A DNA stretch of 64,000 nucleotides, from the IMG/VR virus record IMGVR_UViG_3300025840_004398, one strand, 5' to 3'. The notes beneath the pieces are model-generated. The model was not told the DNA's origin, did not search any database, and saw only the letters and a program-made list of their open reading frames with translations. Position numbers and translations under genes: made by a program. Source of the stretch: a virus (lineage: Duplodnaviria; Caudoviricetes). Positions 28,341 through 37,251 of the stretch are shown here, one piece after another (positions within the stretch are counted from its first letter, which is position 1; the number at the start of each line of letters is the position of its first letter).

Positions 28341-29552
28341 ATGGCACAAATAACAGGACAAGCAGGAGTAAATTTATCTACCGAATTAGCTAATTATTTA
28401 TCAGCTAATCAAGGTAACCTCACTTCTGAACAATTAAGTCAAATTATCAATAACTATTTGACTGGTGGTGATAAATTAGCCACTCAGGGTGGTTCAGTAA
28501 CACAAGGAATCTATAAAAGATTTGGTGAATTTGACCAAGTAACTGGAAAAGTTGAAGTGGTAACTACTGGTTTGTGGAGTGGAGATACTGGTAGTTTAAC
28601 TACTTTCTATACTTCATCTGCTCAAGTATCCGCTGCAAGTGGAGATTATTACTATAATGTTTATAATACCGCAGAAACTTCATCAGTACAATTCGCAGTT
28701 GCATATGGACATAGATTGGGTAGTGGTTCGGTATCATTAGCTAATAATGATAATTCAACAGTGGCTACAAAAGCAACTTACGCACAATACAAACAAATTT
28801 TATTAGAACAAGATGATTCTCAATTTACATTTTTCTCATCTTCTGCAGCGGGAACTCATGATTCGGATGCCATCTATGTAATCAATGTTGCTCGAGCAAG
28901 ATACAAAGAAAAAATGGATGCAGGAAACTGGACACTTTGTTTAAGTGGTTCTAATGGTGTTTCTTATTTCATTGATGATAGTGGTAAGAAATTCGATGAT
29001 ACGGTTGGTAAAGCTGGTAGAGTGTTTAATGTGGTAAGTGGTTCTCTTAACTTAGGAACTGAAAATGCTGCAACTGTTAATACTGCAACTGCTTCTAACG
29101 GACAAGGATTTGGATTGTTCTATCCAGACCAAGGTCTTATCGTACTTAACCCAGCCGCTATATCTAATGTAGTTGGTTCTGAACTTTCACCTTCGGATAG
29201 TGTAACTGTTGAACAAGAAAACCATAAATTACTATGGAATTCTATTAAATTAGGAGCGGGTTCATCTACCAATCCAGGATTTGAAGCTCGTAGAACTGAA
29301 AATGTTTCTACATCTCATTATTTTGTAAGAGCAACAAACAGAGAATTTAATTATTCAAATAACCCCTCATTCGTAACAGGTTCGGATGGAACATTTGCAG
29401 AATCTACTTTTGAGAAAGACCCAAAAACTTTCATCACAACGGTAGGACTTTATTCTGATGCAAATGAACTTATCGCGGTAGCTAAAACTTCACAACCAAT
29501 TGCTAAATCATTTGATAAAGAAGTATTAATCAAAGTAAAACTTGATTTTTAA
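28341..29552 (+). CDS. virion structural protein with C-terminal DUF3751-like half-domain
   Basis: Ends FITTVGLYSDANELIAVAKTSQPIAK..IKVKLDF. Confidence 0.55.
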   Translation: MAQITGQAGVNLSTELANYLSANQGNLTSEQLSQIINNYLTGGDKLATQGGSVTQGIYKRFGEFDQVTGKVEVVTTGLWSGDTGSLTTFYTSSAQVSAASGDYYYNVYNTAETSSVQFAVAYGHRLGSGSVSLANNDNSTVATKATYAQYKQILLEQDDSQFTFFSSSAAGTHDSDAIYVINVARARYKEKMDAGNWTLCLSGSNGVSYFIDDSGKKFDDTVGKAGRVFNVVSGSLNLGTENAATVNTATASNGQGFGLFYPDQGLIVLNPAAISNVVGSELSPSDSVTVEQENHKLLWNSIKLGAGSSTNPGFEARRTENVSTSHYFVRATNREFNYSNNPSFVTGSDGTFAESTFEKDPKTFITTVGLYSDANELIAVAKTSQPIAKSFDKEVLIKVKLDF

Positions 29553-29571
29553 TCTAACTTAACCTATGAAC

Positions 29572-29595
29572 AACCCCACTTCGGTGGGGTTTTTT
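29572..29595 (+). terminator. intrinsic terminator (UUCG loop)
   Basis: AACCCCAC-TTCG-GTGGGGTT plus T-run. Confidence 0.9.
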
Positions 29596-29604
29596 GTTTC
29601 CATA

Positions 29605-29612
29605 TATTTATA
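29605..29612 (+). promoter_or_regulatory. TATTTATA candidate late promoter
   Basis: Directly after the terminator, 23 nt before ATG 29628. Confidence 0.6.
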
Positions 29613-29627
29613 TAGAGGAATTATCGT

Positions 29628-30758
29628 ATGTTAAAATCAATACCAAAATCAAATATATCTCATAGGAGTTTTAAAGTCTATAAGAGATTTACAGCAGACC
29701 AATCAGTTTATCCGGTAATAAAGGCATATTCTGAGGATGGGGTGTTTGATTCCGATACATTCACTAAAGATGAAGGTGTATATGTTCATTTGATTTATAA
29801 ATCAATTGAAAAAAAATATTATACTGATAATGGTTTATTAAACAATTATGGTTTAACTAATAAAAATCGTACATTTGCGGAAGAACGAGAATTTGGTGAT
29901 ACTATTTATGTAATAAAAATAAATCAATCAAAATTTGGTGAGAGAATCAAACCAGGTTCTTTAGACATTACAGATACAGATAGAAACATTACATATATAG
30001 ATAGTGGTGATGGTAGATTGACAAGTTCTTCTCCAACTTATGTTATAACAAGTTTAGATGTTGAAAATGGAACATTGACTTTATCGATAGATGGTAATGA
30101 TGTCATTTTAACAGTTACTTCAATTGATTTGGAAACAGGTGCTGCAATTTTGACCTATGGTTCTTCTACTGATACTGAATTTATATCTATTATTGATTTT
30201 GAAAATGATACAATTACTTTTACTGCTGAACTTCAGTTTGGTAGTTTGCAATTTCCAAGACAAGATTTTGGAAATATATTTTACTCAGATGGTTTAATTG
30301 TATTTACAGAACTTGATGTTGATTTAGAAAATTATGAAATAGAATATAGAGCAACACAAACAATACACGAAACCGAAGTTTTACTTGAAGCAAAATCAGG
30401 CGAATTTAATTTCTCACAAAACCCATCTGCTGTTGATGTTACACTTAGTGGTTCGTATGATTTTACTACAACCGCAATTACAAATGTATCACCTGCTAAA
30501 ACAGTTAAAATTAAAGAAGTTTTAGATATATCACAAAAAACATCTTATGATGGTTCATATGGTTCTAATACTGGCTCTTGGGATGATTATGATAATTATA
30601 AAATTACAGACCCAACTGGTTCATATTTAGCTCCGTTTGTAACAACTATTGGGTTATATGATAACGAAGGTAATATGATTGCGGTAGCTAAATTACCTCA
30701 ACCAATTAAGAATTTACCAGATTATGATGTGAACTTTATTGTTCGTTTTGATACTTAG
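29628..30758 (+). CDS. virion structural protein, paralogous C-terminus to 28341-29552
   Basis: Ends FVTTIGLYDNEGNMIAVAKLPQPIK..FIVRFDT. Confidence 0.55.
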   Translation: MLKSIPKSNISHRSFKVYKRFTADQSVYPVIKAYSEDGVFDSDTFTKDEGVYVHLIYKSIEKKYYTDNGLLNNYGLTNKNRTFAEEREFGDTIYVIKINQSKFGERIKPGSLDITDTDRNITYIDSGDGRLTSSSPTYVITSLDVENGTLTLSIDGNDVILTVTSIDLETGAAILTYGSSTDTEFISIIDFENDTITFTAELQFGSLQFPRQDFGNIFYSDGLIVFTELDVDLENYEIEYRATQTIHETEVLLEAKSGEFNFSQNPSAVDVTLSGSYDFTTTAITNVSPAKTVKIKEVLDISQKTSYDGSYGSNTGSWDDYDNYKITDPTGSYLAPFVTTIGLYDNEGNMIAVAKLPQPIKNLPDYDVNFIVRFDT

Positions 30759-30762
30759 AACA

Positions 30763-30770
30763 TATTTATA
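30763..30770 (+). promoter_or_regulatory. TATTTATA candidate late promoter
   Basis: 27 nt before ATG 30790. Confidence 0.6.
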
Positions 30771-30789
30771 CTAAAAGAGGAAGATTATT

Positions 30790-30975
30790 ATGGCTTCAAT
30801 TAAAGACTTATACGACAAATCAGATTTTTCTAAATATCCATTGGGTACTAAATTAGACAAAACACCAATCGAAGCGGATGGTGGTAAAGATTTGTCTAAA
30901 GATGAAAAGGCTCTTGAAAAAGCAAGAGGAGCTAAATTAAATCTGAAAAAATACTCAGATTCGGTTCAATACTAA
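30790..30975 (+). CDS. small hypothetical protein (likely virion)
   Basis: Has its own TATTTATA motif and GAGG; 61 aa. Confidence 0.7.
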   Translation: MASIKDLYDKSDFSKYPLGTKLDKTPIEADGGKDLSKDEKALEKARGAKLNLKKYSDSVQY

Positions 30976-30986
30976 ACCAATCACTT

Positions 30987-31556
30987 TTGAGTTTATTAAT
31001 CAATCATTTTAACAAATGGGGGTTTGTTCATATACCAAAAACTGGTGGAACAACAATATCTACTGTGCTTAGAACTCAACCAAATACAGAAGTGTTGGAT
31101 TCTCACAATTCTATAAATAAATTATCTGATATAAATGGATATTATATATTTTCTTGTGTTAGAAATCCTTTTACAAGATTAGCTTCTACATATTATCACG
31201 AATGTAGAAAATCACAACAAATACCCTTTTCTAATTTTTTAAAAGAGATAGACAAGAATTATATATTATATCTTCCCCAAAGTTATTATTTAAAAACCGG
31301 TAAGGAACTTAATCAAAATATATCGTACATTTGTAGGTACGAAAATTTTATAAACGATTTTAAAAATGTACTTGATAAATTAAATATATCGAGTCAAATT
31401 CCTCACCTAAATCGTAATCCAATTTATGATAGACATCCAAACTTAAATCAAGAACAATATTATAAGTTTTTGTATCAAGAGGAGTGGATGAAAGATTGGG
31501 TACGAGAAAGGTACGAAGATGATTTCAAAATTTTTAACTATGACATGGACATATAA
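30987..31556 (+). CDS. PAPS-dependent sulfotransferase (Sulfotransfer_2 family)
   Basis: 5'-PSB loop FVHIPKTGGTTI; 3'-PB VRNPFTRLASTY; YICRYENF; C-terminal YEDDFKIFNY. TTG start. Confidence 0.85.
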   Translation: MSLLINHFNKWGFVHIPKTGGTTISTVLRTQPNTEVLDSHNSINKLSDINGYYIFSCVRNPFTRLASTYYHECRKSQQIPFSNFLKEIDKNYILYLPQSYYLKTGKELNQNISYICRYENFINDFKNVLDKLNISSQIPHLNRNPIYDRHPNLNQEQYYKFLYQEEWMKDWVRERYEDDFKIFNYDMDI

Positions 31557-32010
31557 AGGAAAACTAATAACTGAATTATCAGACATGCCCGAAGATGTAT
31601 TTGGGTTTATTTACAAAATAACAAATGGTAAAACTGATGAATACTATATTGGAAAAAAACAAGTAGTTTCAGTTCGTAAAAGAAATTTCGGTAAAAAAGA
31701 AATTGCTGCTCTTGAAGATAAGAGAATGAAAAAATACGAAATGGTTACCAAAGAATCTGATTGGAAAACATATCGTTCATCCAATGGAACAGTAAGAATG
31801 TGGTTTCACGAAAATGATAAAGCTCTTAAAGAAGATAGAAGAGATGATATCAATGACCAACTAAAATTAGAGATACTTCATTTTTGTTCAAATAAAAAAT
31901 CACTTACATATTACGAACTACAAGAACAGTTTGCACATAATGTTCTTGCTGATGAAAATTCACTAAACGATAATCTTCTTGGAAAATTTTTTCGAAAAGA
32001 TTTGGAATAA
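31540..32010 (+). CDS. GIY-YIG family endonuclease (Seg-like, free-standing)
   Basis: FGFIYKIT...YYIGKKQ, WKTYRSS; likely start MTWTYKG at 31540. Confidence 0.75.
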   Translation: MTWTYKGKLITELSDMPEDVFGFIYKITNGKTDEYYIGKKQVVSVRKRNFGKKEIAALEDKRMKKYEMVTKESDWKTYRSSNGTVRMWFHENDKALKEDRRDDINDQLKLEILHFCSNKKSLTYYELQEQFAHNVLADENSLNDNLLGKFFRKDLE

Positions 32011-32032
32011 TGGAAAATTTTTCGTATATTTG
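32001..32032 (+). promoter_or_regulatory. Bacteroidota housekeeping-sigma promoter
   Basis: TTTG 32001-32004, 20-nt spacer, TATATTTG 32025-32032. Confidence 0.75.
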
Positions 32033-32089
32033 TATGTAACCCATTTTATAATAAAAAATATTTTATACTTTTATAAAATTTAAAAATAA

Positions 32090-32121
32090 TTTGGATAATT
32101 AAAATATTATTCGTATCTTTG
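32090..32121 (+). promoter_or_regulatory. Bacteroidota housekeeping-sigma promoter
   Basis: TTTG 32090-32093, 20-nt spacer, TATCTTTG 32114-32121, before the primase ATG 32141. Confidence 0.85.
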
Positions 32122-32140
32122 TATCAAGTAAAAAGTAACC

Positions 32141-33082
32141 ATGCTTGCACATCACGATAAACAACAAGTTATAAACATCTTAGATGATGTCTTAGGACCA
32201 GGTACATCCATGAAAGGGGATGAACAAGCACATTACTGTCCTTTCTGTCATCATCACAAGAAAAAGTTACAGATAAACATACAGACACAAAAGTGGCACT
32301 GTTGGGTTTGTGATTCCAAAGGAAAACGAATCCAAAGTTTACTTAGAAGATTGCACGTTGATTCTCATAAGTTAAAAAAGATATACGAGATTTACGGTGA
32401 TGATTATGTTGTATATAGTAATAATACCGAAGATGAAAAGGTAGAGTTAAGGTTACCTAACGAGTTTCGTTCACTATTAGAAGAACCAAAGGGATTAAAC
32501 CCAACGTTCAGAAAGGTGAAAGAGTATGCACGAAAGAGAGGTATTACTCAAGGGGATATCAAACGTTATAACATTGGTTATTGCGATTCTGGTCATTATG
32601 CCAATCGTATTATTATTCCAAGTTATGATAACGATAATCGACTCAATTACTTCATCGCACGTTCTGTATTCGATGAGGAAAAATTTAAGTATAAGAATCC
32701 GCCAGTTTCGAAAAACGTTATCATGTTCGAAAACCAAATAAACTGGCAAGAACCTATTACCTTAGTAGAGGGAGTATTTGATGCAATGGCTGTGAAGAGA
32801 AATGCAATCCCTCTACTTGGTAAATTTATTCCAAAAACTTTAAACGATACTATATATAAAAAGGAAGTTAAAAGTATCAACATCTTACTTGATGAGGATG
32901 CACAAGACCAAGCGTTATATTACACTATGCAATTCCAAAATCAAGGAATCACTACAAGAAACATAAAACCATCAGATAAAGATGCTGGTGAAATGGGATT
33001 CTCCCAAGTTAATACAATTCTAAAAGAATCAAAACAAACAGGATTCGGTGATATTATATCACAAAAATTAAAAGGGTTATGA
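32141..33082 (+). CDS. DNA primase (DnaG-type zinc finger plus TOPRIM)
   Basis: CPFCHHH..WHCWVC zinc ribbon; LVEGVFDAMAV; LLDEDA. Confidence 0.92.
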   Translation: MLAHHDKQQVINILDDVLGPGTSMKGDEQAHYCPFCHHHKKKLQINIQTQKWHCWVCDSKGKRIQSLLRRLHVDSHKLKKIYEIYGDDYVVYSNNTEDEKVELRLPNEFRSLLEEPKGLNPTFRKVKEYARKRGITQGDIKRYNIGYCDSGHYANRIIIPSYDNDNRLNYFIARSVFDEEKFKYKNPPVSKNVIMFENQINWQEPITLVEGVFDAMAVKRNAIPLLGKFIPKTLNDTIYKKEVKSINILLDEDAQDQALYYTMQFQNQGITTRNIKPSDKDAGEMGFSQVNTILKESKQTGFGDIISQKLKGL

Positions 33083-33861
33083 ATAGATTAGTTGCGTATG
33101 GTTGCTCTTGGACAGAGGGAGAGGGTGCTGATGTTTCGATTGAATCAACTTTATCTGCAAATGAAAAAAGAAAGTTTAGAAATGAACATTCTTGGCCAAA
33201 ACTTCTTGCAGATAAGTTAGAAATACCTTTGATTATAAATAAAGGTATTAGTGGTAATTCTAACAGAAAAATGTTTAATGATATTATAAAAGATGTTGAG
33301 TCTGGTAATATCACATCTTCTGATTTTGTGTGTATAATGTTTTCATCTTCTCTACGAGATTATGTTCCATTTTTACCAGATGGAGAATGGATTTCTTGGT
33401 CAGTTAAACATTTATTACAAACACCTGATAGATTTTATCATAGTTATGATGAACATGGTGTTTCTCGTTCTTTTAATGAATTCTTATCAAATTATAAAAA
33501 ATATTTTGTTACTAATTTATTTTCACAAAACTACTATAACATAGTAAATCAAAATTATATAATTTTTTTACAACAAATGTTTTCTCATTATAAGATAAAG
33601 TATATTATGTCAGAGGGATTAGAGTTGATGGTGGATGGTGTAAATAAATTAGATGATAAGACTCACTTAATAAATTATAAAAACTATTTTGGTAATGGAA
33701 ATTTAACTTTTAGAACATTTCTAAATACTTTAAAAAGAAATGATATTTGGGAAAAATTAGAAAATTACCAAGAAATAGCAACACAACATCCAAATAAAGA
33801 AGGATATAGAATTATATCAGATGAATTATATAAGTTCATCAACAAAAATAATATTTTATGA
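33079..33861 (+). CDS. SGNH/GDSL-like protein
   Basis: VAYGCSWTEG, NKGISGNSN, QHPNKEGY. Confidence 0.6.
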   Translation: MNRLVAYGCSWTEGEGADVSIESTLSANEKRKFRNEHSWPKLLADKLEIPLIINKGISGNSNRKMFNDIIKDVESGNITSSDFVCIMFSSSLRDYVPFLPDGEWISWSVKHLLQTPDRFYHSYDEHGVSRSFNEFLSNYKKYFVTNLFSQNYYNIVNQNYIIFLQQMFSHYKIKYIMSEGLELMVDGVNKLDDKTHLINYKNYFGNGNLTFRTFLNTLKRNDIWEKLENYQEIATQHPNKEGYRIISDELYKFINKNNIL

Positions 33862-36800
33862 TAATAAACAAGATTTACCATCTTGCAGATTTACACATTC
33901 GAAATCTCCAAAGGCACAAAGAATATAGACTAGTATTCAAAAAGTTCCTCAAACAAGTTAAAGAAGATAAGATAGAAGATTCTATCATTTATATAGCGGG
34001 TGATATTGCTCATGCTAAAACAGAGATGTCACCAGAACTCGTACAAGAAATCTCTTGGTTTCTAACTGAGTGCTCTAAACTTAGAGAAACTGTGTTAATC
34101 ACAGGTAATCACGATTGTAACTTAAATAACTCACACAGATTAGATGTTCTTACACCGATTATTGACAACCTTAAAAATGATAGGATTCATTATCTTAGAG
34201 ATACTGGCACTTATCATATTCATAACCTTACTTTTGTTGTCTACTCCATTCTTGATGACAAAGAAAACTGGCCCAAGGGAAATGATATAGAAGGAGAAAA
34301 CAAAATTGTTTTATTCCATGGACCAGTAAACAAAGCACAGACCGATATTGGTTATACCGTATCATCCAACTCATTCCAAGTGGATATGTTTGATGGATTT
34401 GATATGGCCCTTTTAGGAGATATACACAAACGACAAACTTTTGGTGAAGGTTATGAGTGGGTTGCCTATGCGGGTTCAATGATTCAACAGAATCATGGAG
34501 AACTACTCGAAAATCATGGTTACTTATTATGGGATGTACCCACTCGCACCTTTACTGAACACCATATCCATAATGATTATGGATTTCTAACAGTTGATGT
34601 TGTTGATGGTGAAATACCACAATGGGTATATGATGAAGTTGGTACTAAACTTCCAAAGTTCCCTAGATTAAGGTTAAGGTTTACTAATACTGAAGCAAGT
34701 GATATGAAACGATGTATCACCGAACTTAAAAAGTTATTTAAAGTTGCAGAAGTTACGGTTACAAGAACAGATACCATAGGTCAATTAAAAACCAACACTA
34801 AGGTAAACAAAAACATCGTTGGTGATGTTAAAGATGAAACATTCCAAAACTCTTTAATTAGAGATTACTTAGAACGTCAGTATCTATTGGATTCAGATGA
34901 ATTGGATAAGATTGCAGAAATCAATAAAGAACTCAATACACAAATAGATACATCTGATATTGCTGGTAACATTTTATGGACACCCAAGACCTTTGAGTTC
35001 TCTAATATGTTTTCTTATGGTGAAGATAACCTAATCAGATTTGATAAAGCACAAGGAATCATGGGTATCTTTGCTCCCAATGCTTCAGGTAAATCCTCAA
35101 TGTGGGATGCACTCTCTTTCTGTATCTATGATAAAACTTCTCGTACTAATGTAGCAAAGAACGTTTTAAACAATCGTAAAGATAAGTTTTATTGTAAGTT
35201 TAATTTCGAGATAGATGGGGTAGATTATTTCATTGAAAGAACTGCTAAGTATGTTAGAAAGAAAACTGCAGTAAAGGTAGATGTAAACTTCTGGTCTGAA
35301 AGTGGTGGTATCATTACTTCACTCAATGGAGAACAAAGAAGAGATACAAACCAAAATATTGAAAAGTATTTAGGTAAGTTTGAAGATTTTGTTTTAACTG
35401 CACTATCTCTACAAGGAAACAATGCACTCTTTATTGATAAATCACAAAGTGAGAGAAAAGAGATACTCTCACAATTTATTGGAGTAGATATCTTTGATAA
35501 GTTGTATCAAAGAGCAAGTGATGAGAATAGGGATAATGCAACACTTATCAGAAAATTCAAGTCCGATGATTTTACGACAAAGTTAGCGGAAATCGACACA
35601 CAACTTAAAACCGACAAAAACGAATACAAACTTTTGGAGATGTCTCAAAAGGCTCTGAAAGAAGAAGATGATATCCTTAATAGACAGATTATTAAACTAA
35701 ACGAGAAAATCGTAAAGTTAAATGCGGATAGTGGTGTTTCGATAGATGAGTTAGAAAAAAGATTGAATAACCTCGAATCCAAAAAGGGAGAACTTGAAAC
35801 CACAAAACAATCTATACAAGAAAGAATCGAATATCGTGAGGAATTACAAATTACCCTTGATGAAATCCTTGACCAATTCGATGAAGAAGATTTAGAAGTT
35901 GGGATTAAAAATTTAAAAGATTCAAAAGATAGATTAAGAGATGTAGAATCAACGATAGATAAATTGCAAGTAAAGTTAGATTCTTTGTATGAAAGAAAAG
36001 AACATTTAGATTCTCACAAATATAATGAAGAATGTGATATCTGTATAGAAAACTCTCAAACAATATTAGAACAAAAAGAAAAGGTAGATTTTGATATAAA
36101 AGAATATGAATCTATATTACAAAAAGAAAATGAATCGAAATTACATTTTAATTTAGATATTGAAACTTTATCCAAATACGAAGAAGAATGGGAAAAATAT
36201 CAAGATGCTAAAGATAAAGAAGATAAACTCGATAGAGAGATTTCTCAACTTATTAACAAGTTATCAACAACAGAAACAGAAGAAATTCGTTTAGATACTC
36301 AAGTTACACAACAAAAACAACTAATTGATGAGTATTACAAGAACGAAGAACAAATAAAAACCAATAAAGAAATTCGAGAACAAATAACCGCAGTACGAGA
36401 AAAACAAAGTGGTGTTAAAGATGAATTAAAACGAATAAATTCAGATGTTCTAAAATTAAATGGTAAAGTATCTGCTCTTCAAAACCAAAAAGAAACAATA
36501 GAAGATAGAATCCAAGAAGTTAAGAATTTAGAAGAACAATCTAAGTTATTCGATTATTATCTAAACGCACTTGGTAAAGATGGTGTAAGTTACGAACTCA
36601 TCGAAAAATCACTACCAATGATTGAAGGTGAAGTAAATAACATCTTAGCACAAATCGTAGAGTTTGGAATGCAGTTAGAAATTGATGGTAAGAACATTAA
36701 TGCGTATTTAGTGTATGGAGACCAACGATGGAGTTTGGAAATGTGTAGTGGTATGGAGAGGTTTATTAGTGGTCTTGCAATCCGAGTTGCTTTAATCAAT

Positions 36801-37016
36801 GTATGTAATCTCCCCAGACCTAATTTCCTTGTGATAGATGAAGGTTTCGGTACTTTGGATAGTGAGAACCTACAATCCTTATTTATGTTGTTTACATACC
36901 TTAAAACTCAGTTTGATTTCGTAATGGTAATCTCACACATCGATTCGATGAGAGATGTTGTAGATGGTCTTATTGAAATTAAAAAAGTAAATGGATTTTC
37001 AAACGTTAAGTTCTAA
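33858..37016 (+). CDS. fused Mre11/SbcD nuclease - Rad50/SbcC ATPase (T4 gp47-gp46-like)
   Basis: LADLHIR, AGDIAH, GNHD, LGDIHK phosphoesterase motifs; Walker A APNASGKSS; zinc hook CDIC; signature CSGMERF; Walker B VIDEGFGTLD. Confidence 0.93.
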   Translation: MIINKIYHLADLHIRNLQRHKEYRLVFKKFLKQVKEDKIEDSIIYIAGDIAHAKTEMSPELVQEISWFLTECSKLRETVLITGNHDCNLNNSHRLDVLTPIIDNLKNDRIHYLRDTGTYHIHNLTFVVYSILDDKENWPKGNDIEGENKIVLFHGPVNKAQTDIGYTVSSNSFQVDMFDGFDMALLGDIHKRQTFGEGYEWVAYAGSMIQQNHGELLENHGYLLWDVPTRTFTEHHIHNDYGFLTVDVVDGEIPQWVYDEVGTKLPKFPRLRLRFTNTEASDMKRCITELKKLFKVAEVTVTRTDTIGQLKTNTKVNKNIVGDVKDETFQNSLIRDYLERQYLLDSDELDKIAEINKELNTQIDTSDIAGNILWTPKTFEFSNMFSYGEDNLIRFDKAQGIMGIFAPNASGKSSMWDALSFCIYDKTSRTNVAKNVLNNRKDKFYCKFNFEIDGVDYFIERTAKYVRKKTAVKVDVNFWSESGGIITSLNGEQRRDTNQNIEKYLGKFEDFVLTALSLQGNNALFIDKSQSERKEILSQFIGVDIFDKLYQRASDENRDNATLIRKFKSDDFTTKLAEIDTQLKTDKNEYKLLEMSQKALKEEDDILNRQIIKLNEKIVKLNADSGVSIDELEKRLNNLESKKGELETTKQSIQERIEYREELQITLDEILDQFDEEDLEVGIKNLKDSKDRLRDVESTIDKLQVKLDSLYERKEHLDSHKYNEECDICIENSQTILEQKEKVDFDIKEYESILQKENESKLHFNLDIETLSKYEEEWEKYQDAKDKEDKLDREISQLINKLSTTETEEIRLDTQVTQQKQLIDEYYKNEEQIKTNKEIREQITAVREKQSGVKDELKRINSDVLKLNGKVSALQNQKETIEDRIQEVKNLEEQSKLFDYYLNALGKDGVSYELIEKSLPMIEGEVNNILAQIVEFGMQLEIDGKNINAYLVYGDQRWSLEMCSGMERFISGLAIRVALINVCNLPRPNFLVIDEGFGTLDSENLQSLFMLFTYLKTQFDFVMVISHIDSMRDVVDGLIEIKKVNGFSNVKF

Positions 37017-37167
37017 CCTTTAATACATTATCAGGTTTAGGAGTACCTACCTTTTGTTTAATAAGAGTTTCAACCAACCCACTTAATTTATACCCATGTT
37101 CCTTGCAATAATCTTGTAAGAGTTCATGGGTTTCTTTTTTTATCTGAATTGTGGTATATTTTCTCAT
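37006..37167 (-). CDS. ribbon-helix-helix (Arc/CopG/MetJ-like) DNA-binding protein, 53 aa
   Basis: Manual translation MRKYTTIQIKKETHELLQDYCKEHGYKLSGLVETLIKQKVGTPKPDNVLKVRT: beta strand YTTIQI, helix A, Gly turn, helix B. Absent from the ORF track. Confidence 0.8.
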   Translation of the reverse strand: MRKYTTIQIKKETHELLQDYCKEHGYKLSGLVETLIKQKVGTPKPDNVLKVRT

Positions 37168-37196
37168 TCTATAACTTTCTATGTATTTCTATATAT
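37167..37196. repeat. three TTCTAT direct repeats at exact 10-bp period (operator candidate)
   Basis: TTCTATAACT-TTCTATGTAT-TTCTATATAT. Confidence 0.75.
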
Positions 37197-37231
37197 AAAT
37201 ACTTTATAAGTTTTTTTTAAACATATTTATA
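37194..37231. promoter_or_regulatory. back-to-back TATTTATA motifs (divergent promoters)
   Basis: TATAAATA 37194-37201 reads TATTTATA on the minus strand toward the RHH gene; TATTTATA 37224-37231 faces ATG 37252. Confidence 0.65.
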
Positions 37232-37251
37232 TAGGTAATTGGAGATAATTA

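Noticed and set aside
31540-32010. GIY-YIG ORF as part of a group I intron in a split gene
   Set aside because: The flanking sulfotransferase and primase each look complete, and no intron core elements were recognised.
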